NCBI RefSeq assembly: GCF_009914755.1
Contig: NC_060926.1
Length of the DNA stretch: 64,000 nucleotides
Reading direction: 5' to 3' (one strand)
Source: the human T2T-CHM13v2.0 reference genome, Homo sapiens
The translations under genes and the position numbers were made by a program. Numbering within the stretch: the first letter of the stretch is position 1; each line of letters begins with the position of its first letter. The notes below the pieces were generated by a model that saw only the letters and a list, made by a program, of their open reading frames with translations, was not told the origin of the DNA and made no database searches. This document shows, piece by piece, positions 14,395 through 28,200 of this stretch.

Positions 14395-14510
14395 TTTTTT
14401 TTTATTAGAGATGGGGTCTCACTATGTTACCCAGGCTGATCTCAAACTCCTAGGCTCAAGTGATCCTCCTACCTCAGCCTCCCAAATTGCTGTGATTACA
14501 GGTGCGAGCT
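14395..14510 (-). mobile_element. FLAM/free left Alu monomer
   Basis: gagatggggtctcactatgttacccaggctg...ggctcaagtgatcctcc. Confidence 0.8.
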
Positions 14511-15229
14511 CTATGAATGATTTTTGCCACTGGCAGTATTAGAGTAATGCTACTACAATATTTTTTCTTAAAATTTATGTTATTAAGTATGAACTTTATG
14601 CCAAAAAATTACATATAATTTCAAAATTATATAAGATAGCTACCCACTAATAATATGACATAATACGTAACAATTGGTAAGAAAATTTGCATTGTGACTC
14701 ATAATTGTATTTAAAAGGCAAAACGGGTGTCTCCAGCATTACTACTGGGGGAATTTGGGCAGTAAAATAAACATAAACTAATTAAAAATAAGACAAAGAT
14801 TTTTTTTTATTAGTGAACATTTCTATTATAAATTTGAAATAGATGAAATAAATTCTAAAATGCAAACAGTATTTGCCAAAATAACCTTGTATTTCCATAT
14901 GCATTTGATACTTTTAAACTAATGAACAAATTCCTAATAGTTGATTTTGGAGTGGACTAGAATTTCATGAATAACAAAGTGTTTCACTATATTAAATATA
15001 ATGTGCAGCTCTCTAAACTACTTAGAAAATAACCAAAGCTTGCCAAACTAGATGGCTCATCTTTGTCTGTGGTTCTAAAGGAAACAACATAAAAATGCTT
15101 GGAGTAAAAAATGCAGATTCATACATTTGACCTTCTTAATATAATTGTGAAAAGAAAGGTTAGAGATTGGAAAAACAGAGAGATTGGAAAAACATACTCT
15201 AGATTCAGAATTGCATGCATTCAAAATCC

Positions 15230-15445
15230 AAATCAAATCCAAACCTGCCCTTTAGCAGCAATATCCTTTCAAGGAAATTTCTTAACCTGTCTTGTGTCTC
15301 AGTTTCCCCATCTGTAAAACAGGAATAATAATAGCACCTCCTCATAAGGTTCTGATGAGGATTAAATGAATTAATAAACTTAAAGCACTTTAACACAGTG
15401 CCTTGCATATAGTACACATGTATTAAGTGTTAGCTGTTATTATTC
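15230..15445 (+). mobile_element. MIR SINE
   Basis: tctcagtttccccatctgtaaaacaggaataataatag...gaggattaaatga. Confidence 0.85.
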
Positions 15446-15463
15446 ACTAAAGAGTAAAATCCA

Positions 15464-16080
<617 letters not shown>

Positions 16081-16349
16081 AATGAGAAAATAATGGCAGA
16101 ACAAAAATAAAAGCACATATAACAAAATTTCATGGAAAATTCGCATTTTGATCTGAAGGACAGTGTTTAAGATGATAGAAGCTAAAGCCCCTAACCCTAT
16201 CTGGAGAGAATTAAGATTGTATTCTTGCTTCCAAGTCATACATATGGTCTAAGAAGCAGAAGACATGAAGTCAAGCTCCACACAAACGTGAGGAAATTTA
16301 CTTGTCAGCCGGCTCACAGAGCGGCAATTTACTTGTCTCCTTAGTTCAT

Positions 16350-16730
16350 ATCAACATGCTTCCATCTCAGGGCTTACTGTACCTCTGCCTTTCCATGAAT
16401 CTGTGCAGGCTCACTTTTTCCTTTATTCAAGTATTTGCTACAATTCACTTCTTAGAGATGTTTTCTTGAACATGTGATCTAAAATGCAGCTGCTATAGAT
16501 TTTTCACTCTGTAATGTGTTTTCCTGAAACTGATTTTCTTCTAGGCATTTATCATTATCTGACATCAAAGTATACTTTGGAGAAGCTTGTTTGTTTGTTA
16601 CCCAGCTTTTCCTCTAGGATGCAAGCTCCAGGAGAGGAGAGATTTTGCCAATTTTTTTTCCTGCTGCATCCTTAGTATGTAGAATAATGTTTGACATACA
16701 GTAGGTGCTCACTATTGTTGAACCAATGAA
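16350..16730 (+). mobile_element. L2 3' end
   Basis: atgcaagctccagg...catacagtaggtgctcactattgttgaa. Confidence 0.75.
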
Positions 16731-17689
16731 ACTGGCTACTGGTAAGAGCACAAAACAGTACTAATATTGGATTTCTAACTATTTACTGTTTAAAAAGAAT
16801 AAAGTCAAATATATTATGTATCATTACTTTAAAAACAGAAAAGGAAATTAGCCTGGTAGTAGAACAAAGCAACCAGACATGTCATAGGTTGCTCACTTTT
16901 ACTGAGAAAATTCTTGAAAACTAAGAGATATGCAAATGTTGTAGCCCTAAGAAATTTCAGGCTTAGTTCATGGTATTCTTTCCAAAACACCAGATTAAAA
17001 GAAGGCTGAAACATAAGAGAAGAGTATGTAGAGATTTTTCAGTAAGTTGAAGGTAAACCCTTTCAAAGTAATCAACTATACTAAATTTAAAGTCAATATA
17101 TAAGTCCGATTGGTCAATTTCTATTACTCAAATTCTTTAAAATAAAACCAAAATTTTACTTTTTATTATATTTTACAGGAGGAAAAGAGTCAATCTAATT
17201 TGATTAGGCAACATTTTAATCTTTTAAATCAGTAGAATAAAGCTTTCTTCTGTCAAGTTAACAATGAGCTCTCATTTATTTCCTTAAAACTATGACTATC
17301 CCCAAAACAAGTTGCAAGATGAGTAAAAGTTGTTCTGGGTTTTCTGTGTGTATATGTGTGTGTTTTAACACATCTCATTTTGTGAGTTCACCCTCTCTTT
17401 CTTTCCCTCCTGTTTTTGTGTTCCATCAAATTTGTTCCCTTTCATGAAAGATTTTCTTCCTGAACCCAGATGCCCCACTGCCTGATCTTTCTTCACTTCC
17501 TACCCAATGTAATAGTCATTTTGCCATCCTTGGTATAAAAAACAGTCCCTGACCCACTGCTTCACAGTGACTATATATTTAGCTTATAGATTATTACTTG
17601 TATTAGCTTATGGATTATTATATGGAGCTTGTCTCATCAGACCCAAAGAATGAAGTAATTCAATAAACTAATCTGTTTAGCAGAAACAA

Positions 17690-17920
17690 TATGGTAAGGC
17701 GGAAAGAGCATAGAATTTAAGAGAAAGGAGATTGTGATATGCATTCCAACAATAAAATATATCAGATGGGTAATTCTGAACAAGTAACCTCTCTGAGCCT
17801 GGGTTACAAATCCTTAAAATGAGGAATGAGGATGAGGCCTATGACATAGGGTGGTTGTGAGTGTGCACAATATGGGAAGTTGTCCAGCCTTGAGTTTAAC
17901 ATATGATTCATGATAAATTT
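17690..17920 (+). mobile_element. MIR
   Basis: gaacaagtaacctctctgagcct...catagggtggttgtgag. Confidence 0.6.
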
Positions 17921-18863
17921 CATAAATAAACACCTTAAGGGACCTTCTGGAAAGAATGTTATCTTTCTACTCTAACAGTGAAAGAAATGTGGGATTGGAG
18001 AAACTCTTCAGCACTTTTTCAATCCCCCCACATATAAGTTCCCTTCATTCCTTTACAGTTATAGAGTTGGCAAGAATACAATAAATTAAGATTATCACCT
18101 TTTTGAAAAGGAGGAAACTAAAACGAATCATTTTTAATCTAAGTTAAAAATTTAGCAAATAACTTTTTTATTCCTTTTATCTAATATCGAATCAAAATGT
18201 AATTTTGCTAAGAAGCTTAAATAGGTAGATGGTTTTCCTAATTGTTTTATTTTGCTACTCACCTAGACTGAAATCATGAAAACCAATTTAGTTTGACTCA
18301 TAGTTGGAAAATTCCAATGCTCAGAGCACTGATAAGCTAGAAATGATGCAAGTTATGCTTCACAAGGTTAACTTCTGATCAATTCTGTATTTTAGTGTGA
18401 TTATTCTGAATTTGCAAATGCACGCAGGAGAGCCATGTTTTGTTTTTTTCTCAGTTTGAGCACTTAATTTCTCACCACATGCATATGAGGGGGTTGTGCA
18501 TTCCTGATTATTTGTTAAAGGCTTTTAGTCAGATTTTTGCCAGCAGCTGGCAAAATGAAGTCATTTTATGCAACAGAATAAAAGGAAAATATTTTGGCCT
18601 TACTTTCAGGGTAAACCTATGTTCATTAACAACAAAGAAGAATATATGGTACCAAGAAGGAAAAAAAAATCAAATGCGTACTACTTCCTTTCAAACAGAC
18701 TTATGAAAAATTACGAAAAAAAATCTGAAAACACATCCTAATGTATTAAAAAAACATGGTGAAGTAGAAAAAGTATTAAATTCAGAATCAAAATACATGT
18801 AGTCTAAACTAGTTCTGTTGCAGCTGTGCATTTTGGACAAGTAACTTAAGGTTTCTGGGTCTC

Positions 18864-19430
18864 TGTGTCAGTTTCTATGGCTGTGTAATAAACCATCCCA
18901 AAAGTGAGTTGCAAAAAGCATCAATATTGCTCGTGAATCTGCATTATAGGCAATGCTAGGCAGGAGCAGCTCTCTCTGCCCTGAAGTCTCTGCTCTGCTT
19001 GAAGTCATCTGAGATGGAAAGAATGCTGGGAAATGTAGCCATGTGAAGGCTCTTTCACTCACCTAGGTGACAAAATTCAAAACAGCTAGGTCTGGAACAG
19101 TTAGGATTCCTTAGGTACTTTGTTTCTATGCAGCCTCTCTGCATGATTTCTCCAGCATGCGGATTCAATGTAGCTGAACTTTTTCACATGTCAGTTGAAG
19201 GCTTCCAAGGCATGAGTCCCGACAGAGGGTCACTTAGAAGCCATATAGCTTTTTATGGTGTAGCCTCAAAATGCACATAGCACACCATAGTCACAGTGCT
19301 GCTCAGACTGGAGTGGAGAGAACATAGATTCCATCTCCCTCAATGGAGAAATTTCAATGTCAATTTGCAAGGAAAACATGTGGTATGGGAGTTATCGGTG
19401 TAGTCATTTTTGGAAATACAATCTGCAGCA
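18864..19430 (-). mobile_element. MLT1H-like MaLR LTR inserted into a MIR
   Basis: ctatggctgtgtaataaaccatcccaaaa...ttttggaaatacaatctgc; MIR halves on both sides (about 18760-18863 and 19430-19510). Confidence 0.65.
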
Positions 19431-19766
19431 ATCTCCTTTAGCTTATATGAAAAATAATCAGGTTGGAATAGGTAAGGTCTTAAATCTCTTTCATCTCAGA
19501 AAATCTTGTGAAGTCTTTGATTAAATGGAAACAAGAATGGTTTAAAAGTGACCTGAAACAGCTAGCATAATGTCAACACATTGGAGTAGATAGGAGAACT
19601 GATAGAAAATGAGTAACTCTGAAAGTGTGTAAAGCATTGAAATGAGTAAATGACCACATTTTTCAGTATCAGGGGTTATATGTGATTGCAAATGCGAGAC
19701 TATTTTCAAGGTATGCAATTTTCAGGACGTAGGGCGGGTTTATTGTTCCATGCCACTTAGTCTTTC

Positions 19767-19872
19767 TGTTTAACAACATAGTTATTATCATGGGTCATTT
19801 ACATTTTGAACAGCAGATGTGATACCAAGAGCTGTTAACACAATATTATTGCTAGGAATTTTTAAAGTCCTA

Positions 19873-19923
<51 letters not shown>

Positions 19924-20356
19924 CATATATATGTGTGTATATATTCATATATATTATATATTCATATATGTGTATATTCATATATATTATATTCTTATAT
20001 ATAAAAGTCAAATATCCATAAATATATATTCATATATGTATATATTTTCATATTTAATATATGTTCATATATGTATATATATTCATATATTATATTCATA
20101 TATAATATATATTATATTCATATATTATATTCATATATAATATATATGTATATATGTATATATATTCATATATTATATTCATATATAATATATATTATAT
20201 TTATATATATATTATATATATATATACACACACATAGGACTTAAAAAATTCCTAGCAATAATACTGTGTTAACAGCTCTTGGTATCACATCTGGTGTTCA
20301 AAATGTAAATGACCCATGATAATAACTATGTTGTTAAACATAGTTATACATATACA

Positions 20357-20392
<36 letters not shown>

Positions 20393-20635
20393 GTATATAT
20401 ATTTTACCAGATGTGATACCAAAAGCTGTTAACACAATATTATTGCTAGGAATTTTTTAAGTCCTATGTATATATATATATCATATATATGAATATTATA
20501 TGTATATAATATGATATATATTATATACATGTATATAATATGTATATAATATATATCATATATATTATATACATGTATATAATATATATCATATATTATA
20601 TACATGTATATAATATATATACACACACACACACA
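19767..20635. repeat. Inverted triplication of a 108-bp unique segment interleaved with (TA)n-rich arrays
   Basis: Copy A 19767-19874 (+); copy B 20233-20340 (reverse complement, 3 mismatches); partial copy C 20406-20468 (+). TA-rich tracts at 19875-20232, 20348-20405 and 20469-20635. Confidence 0.95.
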
Positions 20636-21823
20636 CAGTCATGCATCACTTAACAACAGGGATACTTTGTTATGTGATTTTGTTGTTGTGTGGACATTAT
20701 AAAATATACTTACACAAGCCAAGATGGTATAAACTACTACACGCTTAGGTTATATGGTACACAGCCTGTTGATCTTGGACTTCAAACCTGTACAGCATGT
20801 TATTGTACTGAGTACTGTAGGCAATTTGTAACACACTGGTAAGTGTGTGTGTATCTAAACATATCTAAACTTAGAAAAGCTACAGCAAAAATACAATATA
20901 AGAGATTAAAAATTGTACACATATATAAAACATTTATCACAAAAGAAGCTAGTTGTGGGTGAGCCAGTGAATGAGTGTTGAGTAAATGTGAAGGTCCAGG
21001 ACATTAGTGTACACTACTACAGACTTTATGAACCCTGCACACTTAGGCTACACTAAATTTATTAAAAAATCTTTCTTTCTTCAATAACAAATTAACCTTA
21101 GCTTGCTGTAACTTTTTTCCTTTCTAAACTTTTAAACATTTTTTTTTTACTCTTTTGTAAGAATATACCTTAAAAGATGACCACATTGTACAGCTGTAAA
21201 AAATTTTTTTTCTTGCTTTATATCCTTATTATATAAACTTTATTCTGTTTTAAAATTTATTGATTTATTTTACTTTTAAAACTTTTTTGTTAAAAACAAA
21301 GATGTGCACACATATTAGCTTAGGCCTACACAAGGCCAGGATCATCAATATCACTGACTTCCACCTGCACATCTTGTCCCACTGGAAGGTCTTCAGGGGC
21401 AATAACACACATGGAGCTGTCATCTCCTATGATAACAATGCCTTCTTCTGGAATACCTCCTGAAGGACCTGCCTGAGGCTGTTTACAGTTAACTTTTTTT
21501 AATAAGTAGAAGTGTGCTCCAAAATAATGATAACAAGTACAGTTAATACATAAACCAGTAACATAACCCATCATTTGTTACTATTGTCAAGTATTATATA
21601 CTGTACATAATTTTATGTGCTATACTTTCATATGACTGACAGTGCAGGTTTGTTTACAACAGTATCACCACAAATATGTGAGTAATGTCTTGCGCTATGA
21701 CATTATGATGGCTAAGACACCACTGGGCAATAGAAATTTTTCATCTTCGTTATAATCTTATGGGACCACCTTTGTGTGTGTTGTCCATTGTTGACAAACA
21801 TGTCATTAGGTGGTACATGACTG
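20636..21823 (+). mobile_element. Tigger3b (Tc1/mariner-type DNA transposon), near full length
   Basis: Terminal inverted repeats CAGTCATG...CATGACTG followed by TA; internal tacttacacaagccaagatggtata...cttatgggaccacc. Confidence 0.88.
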
Positions 21824-22730
21824 TATATACTGTGCACACGTACACACACACACACACACACACATTTCAGTACATTATCAATACATGTAAAAATTTAAGT
21901 CATAATAATGTAGTCCTTTTTTCATGTCCATCCTTGACCCTAATGCCTCATCTAATACTGACTAGTGAATAAGAATCAATGTTTCCAGTGGTCATCAGAA
22001 GTCTAGCAGACTATATATGGTATATTGATTATGGTGAATACAAGGAAATAGGGCATGAAGAATTCCCTAAGACCAAATGGGAGGAATCTGACTATAAACA
22101 AATGTATAAAAGTTAACCAGTCCATTTGTCCATTCTTATTTCAAGTCTCATATTTGTTTTAATGTATAATGATTTCTTTTTATATTTTTGTTATATATCC
22201 ACAGAGGACATTTATATGTGCAAACATATGTGTGCATATATATCTATATCTGTATTGCTTTGAGTAAGATCACTTTGAGTAAGTAGATGACTTTCCAGTG
22301 TAGAGAAATGTATTAAACAAAACATGAATGCCCACTGTTACCCATTTCTTCTAATAGAGTTATTTGCATTTTACCAGTTGAGAAACTTAAGTCCACAAAG
22401 GATAAACCTTACAAGGGCATATCATTTATCAGTCTTAGCCTTGTAACTTATTGACTACAGTGACATGAATTCTGCACTTCATGAGACTCTATTATTTCAT
22501 ACCAAAAACATGACACAAACATGACAGGTATCTCCTCAAGCATATCTAATACATGACCAAATATGCAAAGAACTTTAATATCTCAGTGGCCTAAATTAAG
22601 CAGTTCTTAGATGTCTTGAAATGCTGCCTCTATTGAATGAAGAACATTTTCCCAGTAAACTGAAACCACTCCAGACACTCATCTATGACCTGAACATAAA
22701 ATTAGAGTATTTACCTTCACAGTTATAACT

Positions 22731-23048
<318 letters not shown>

Positions 23049-23783
23049 TAACTTTTTAGGCATGCATTACATGTAAGTAGAATCTCCATAAAATATATAT
23101 AAATGGAAGTGAACTATAGCAACGTGAATGAACCTAGGTTTTTTAAAGTTGAAGAAATTAATCTTCAAAATCCTTGTGATGATCATAACAGCACACAGTG
23201 GTCCTCCAATTTTCTATCATGGCTTTTGGGATATTTTGAAGTGAAATGTTATCTTTAAATTTCATACAGAATTTTCATTTCATCCCTTGATACCTGAGTT
23301 GATGTAAAGAAAAATAATATTTTAATACTTTATTTTTCCCACACAGATGTCAATTACAATTGATGACATAGTCTCATGGTTTCAATTCTCCTCTAAATTA
23401 TTTGCCACATACACCTAAGACATATGTCAATACCATTTTGATGAGACAGCATCTCCCTCAATAAAATAAAAATTTGATTTTTCAAGTTTATCAACCTTTA
23501 AAAAGACATTCTCTAGTTGGAGAAAGATGTTTAAACCAAGCTGCCCTGATTCTTATCCCTAGGATTCATTTTTCCTTTCTGAAATATTTTTAAATTAAAG
23601 ATACCACTATCATAGGGGTTTCAGAAAAGTTATTACTAAACACAAGAGAAAAAAACGAATACCCATGTAGGATATATATACGCAGTACAATAATAACAGG
23701 TGGAGAGCTTTATTATAGACAGCATTTTTTTTAGTCTGAATGGAAGAGGATTCTGTCAGTTAAGAACACTTAGCCACTAAATA

Positions 23784-24001
23784 GGCTGGGCGCAATGGCT
23801 CACACCTGTAATCCCAGCACTTTGGGAGGGCAAGGCGGGCGGATCACGAGGTCAGGAGTTTGAAACTAGCCTGACCAACATGGTGAAACCCTGTCTCTAC
23901 TAAAAATACAAAAATTAGCTCGGCGTGGTGGCACGCACCTGTATCCCAGCTACTAAGAAGGCTGAGGCAGAAGAATTACTTGAAAACAAACAAACAAACA
24001 A
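23784..24001 (+). mobile_element. AluSg-like lacking the 3' part of the right arm
   Basis: Runs to ...aattacttgaa then a (CAAA)n tail; 19-bp TSD at 23765-23783 and 24002-24020. Confidence 0.9.
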
Positions 24002-24071
24002 AACACTTAGCCACGGAATAAATAGAATTCTACTAAATCTAATTCTAGGTAATTATGACAACTTAAAATAC

Positions 24072-24373
24072 TTTTTTTTTTTTTTTTTTAATAGGCAGAG
24101 TCCCATTCTGTCGCCCAGGTTGGAGTGCAGTGGCACAATCTCGGCTCACTGCAAACTTCACCTCCCAGATTCAAGCTATTCTCCTCTCTCAGCCTCCTGA
24201 GTAGCTGGGATTACAGGCACGTAACACTAAGCCCAGCTAATTTTTGTATTTTTAGTAGAGACAGGGTTTTGCCATATTGGCCAGGCTGGTCTCAAATTCC
24301 TGACCTCAAGTCATCCGCCTGCCTGGGCCTCCCAGAGTGCTGGGATGACAGGCGTGAGCCACCACGCCCAGGC
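24072..24373 (-). mobile_element. AluSx/Sz
   Basis: Full reverse dimer with poly-T. Confidence 0.92.
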
Positions 24374-24464
24374 AAATCTCACATTTTATATACATGTATC
24401 TTTATATATGTATTTGTTTCTGAATAATTGTATGTTGTAAAAATATATCAAATTATTTTTTAAA

Positions 24465-24855
24465 TATACTTATTTTTTTCAAACAATTTTAGATTCACAA
24501 CCAAATTGAGAGGAAGGTAAAAAGATTTTCATATATCCCTTGCTTCCACATATGCACAGCCTCTCTCACTATCAAAATCCCACACCAAAGTTGTATGTTT
24601 ACTAAAATTGATAAATCTACATTGACACATTGTCACCTAAAGTCCACACTCTACAGTAGGGTTCACTCTTGGTGTTGTACATTCTTTGTGTTTTGACAAA
24701 TGTATAATAACATGTATCCACCAATATAATATCAAACAGAGTAGTTTCACTGCCCTAAAACTCCTCTATGCTCCATCTATTAATATCACCCTTCCCCCAT
24801 CCCCTGGCAAACCATTGATCTTTTTACTGTCTCCATAGTTTTACATTTTCAAAAA
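24465..24855 (-). mobile_element. L1MC1-like 3' end
   Basis: ttagattcacaaccaaattgag...agggttcactcttggtgttgtacattct. Confidence 0.78.
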
Positions 24856-25229
24856 AGTAATCTACATCAAATCATTTTTTAACTATGATTTTGCAATAGT
24901 GTGATCATAGACAAATTTTTCCAGTTTAGATCAAAGAAATTTCAACAGTGTAACAAAATACTTAACAATTGATGTTCAGCTGAATTTGCTATAATTTCAT
25001 TATTATAGCTATAACAATTACATAATGTTTGTACACTCATTTAAAGGCTTGTAGTAAATTCTACTTCAAAATCCTGTCTGACTTCAGTACAAAACAATAT
25101 GATTTATCTCTCTAAAAATATTATTTAAACTAAGATTTAGTTACTTGATCTCACATTTCCTATACAAATGATATGAAAACACTATTTCAGAGAGTTTAGA
25201 CAATGTCACTGATTTATAGCATAATAGGA

Positions 25230-28200
25230 AATGTCAAGGAGTCCACTTCCAGAATGTTGACATGAGAAGCCTAGTAGACTCAGCCCCCTACATAACTGGT
25301 GAGAATTATTTAATTAAAAATAAATCTCTAAAACTTGACCTAAGGGCATAAACCAAAAGAAGATGTTATTTAAGAAAATATACTAACTCTAGGTTAGAAC
25401 AATAAGAGTCTGTGGCACTTGCACTAAATACTATTACTGCTTCCTCCACCACCTCAGTTCAGCTTGATGGAAGTTTTACTATGGACAGGAGTGGCCAAGA
25501 AACTGGGGTCCCCTTTACCTTTGGCTCCCAATAAAAAGTCTCATTTGGAAAAACACGACACCAACTTTTCTCGTACCCTCCAACTCTAAATTGCTGAGCC
25601 TAAACTTCTGTTGAATACAGAAAGAGTTCAAGAGCTCCCTTCCTCCACCCATCCTGTACTCATAGGGGGAAGACCTCCCAATCCAGAGAAGGCCAAGAAC
25701 CCAAGGGCCCCACTGCCCTTGCCCCACCTTGCTGGTAGCACAGAAGTTCTATGCCAAGAGAGGCAAACCAGAGGCTAACATCCTGCCTACTGCCAGAGTA
25801 CTGACTCAGAGATTTTGCTCACAGGTAGAAGCAGTCCATAAGAATGGAGAACATCAAACCTCTCCCCAAAAGAACTGATTTTATTTGAACAGAGTGTGCA
25901 GAGTTCAAGCCTAAGTCTACTATCAAAAACAATGGAGATTTTTGTTTTAAGCAATTAAGAGCAGGCTGCAGTTTTACGAGTGCAGCAAACTAAATGGTAG
26001 GTTCACTAACTTGTCCGAGAAAACTGTGGAAAAAGACAGCAAAGAAGAGCCCCTCTGGAGTGAGAAGAAACTTCAAAGACTGGTCTCAAAAACCATCCCT
26101 GCCAGAATTTAATTGTATCAGAGTGGAGCAATTAATGTCAAAAGGCATTATCAGCCAGCAAATAGTGTATATGCTACCAAACGAAAGGATCAAACTCAAT
26201 AAGCATTAAAATCATACAAAGTGTGTTCTCTGACAACAATTATTGAGTTATAAATCAACAACAACAACAAAGCATGGAAATTCATAAATGTGGTGGAAAT
26301 TCTACAACACATTCTTAAATGACAAATGAGTCAAAAAAGAAATCACAAGATAAATTAGAAAATACTTTGAGATGAGTGAAAATGAAGACTCTATATATCA
26401 AAACTTAGGGAATGATGTTCAAGTAGTTATTGGAGAAAAATTTATAGCTGCAAATGCCTACATTATACAAGAAGAAAGATCTCAAATCAATAACCTAATC
26501 TTCTTGCTTAAGAACTAGAAAAAAAAAAACAGCAAACAAGCAGAAACAAGGACACGATAAAGATTAGAGTGAAATTTTTAAAAATACAGAGAGGAAAAAC
26601 AACAGAAAATACTAACAAAATCAAAAGTTGGTTCACTGAAAAGATCAACAAATTTGACAAATCTGTAGCTAGACTAACAAAGGCAAATGGAGAAAAAAAT
26701 GAAATTACTAAAATTAAGAATGAAATATGAGAGACACCCCTACTGATACAGTAGATACAGAAATAAAAAAAGAAATATAAGGGAATACCATGAATAACTA
26801 TATGCAAAAATTACATAACTTAGATAAAATGTACAAATTTTTCAAAAGACACAGACTATCAAAACTAAAACATAATGAAACATATGAACAGATCTATAAC
26901 AATTAAAGAAATTGAATTGTAAATCAAAATCGAATCCCTCAAATCCCAAGAACCAGATGACTTTACTTGATATTTCTAGCAAAGATTTTCAGAAGAAAGC
27001 CAATTCTTCAAAAATCCTTCCAAGAACCAGATTATGAGGAAACACTTCTTAATTCATTCTATGAGGCCAAAATATGTGTTACCCTGATAGCAAAGCCAAT
27101 GATACCATAAGAAAGAAAAATACTGACCAACATCTTTTATCAATATAGACACAAAAATCTTCAACAAAATACTAGTGAACTGAATCCAGCAAAATATTAA
27201 ACAGAAGTATCACCATGACCAGATGGCATTTATTCCATCTGTACTCAAAGCTAGTTAACTTAAACATTTTGGAAATATATTAATTTATTACACCGTATCA
27301 ACAGAATAAGTGACAAAAGGTATATGATCATCTCAGTAGGTATGAAAAAAAAGCATCTAATAAAATATACACTCCTTCATGATAAGAATACTATACAAAT
27401 TAGGAATAGAGGGATCTTTCTTAACCTGATAAATGATATCCACAAAATAAAAAGAGCTAATATCATATAGTTAATGGATAATGACTGGATATTTACCCCT
27501 TAAGATCAAGACTAGAACAAGAATAAGACAAGAATGTGTCTTCTAAACATTTCTGTTTAACATAGTACTGAAAGTTCTAACCAAGGCAATTAGGCAAAAA
27601 AGAAGTAGAAGGAGAAGAAGGAGGAGGAGGAGTAAAAGGCACCTAAGTTGGAAATGAAGAAGTAAACTTTCTCAATTTGCAAATGATGATCTTGTATAGA
27701 GAAAATCCTAAGGGATCCACTAAAAATCTATTTAAACTAATAAATTCAGCAATGTTGGAGGATAGAAGATCAAAATACAAAAATCGATTGCACTTCAACA
27801 CATTTATAATGAACTTGAAAAATAAAATTAAGAAAATTTCACTACAAATAACATGAAATTTAGAAATAAAGTTAAAGAAATACAAAATTTATACTCTGAA
27901 AACTGAAAATCATTTTTAAGAGAAATTTTAAAAGACTCAAATAAATAGAAAGCTATCACATTGATATACTGGAAGATTTAATATTGTTAAGATCACAATA
28001 ATCCTCAGTTGTTTTCTACAGCTTCCTCACAATCTCTCTCAAAATCTCTGCTAGTTTATTTGCCAAAATTGGCAGGCTAATCCTTAAACTCATAAGACAA
28101 TACAAGGACTCAAAAATAACCAAAAAAGTCTTGAAAAATGAGAACAAAGTTGAAAGCCTCACACTTCCAATGTTAAAGCTGAATACAAAGCTATAGTAAT

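Noticed and set aside
19767-20468. Reading the repeated 108-bp unit as a CRISPR-like array, miRNA precursor or new MITE
   Set aside because: Eukaryotic intron, with only three copies in mixed orientation separated by simple repeats. No TSD or known TIR motif, and the loop is far too large for a pre-miRNA.
19931-20632. Y/I-rich ORFs
   Set aside because: Translation of TA-rich simple repeats.
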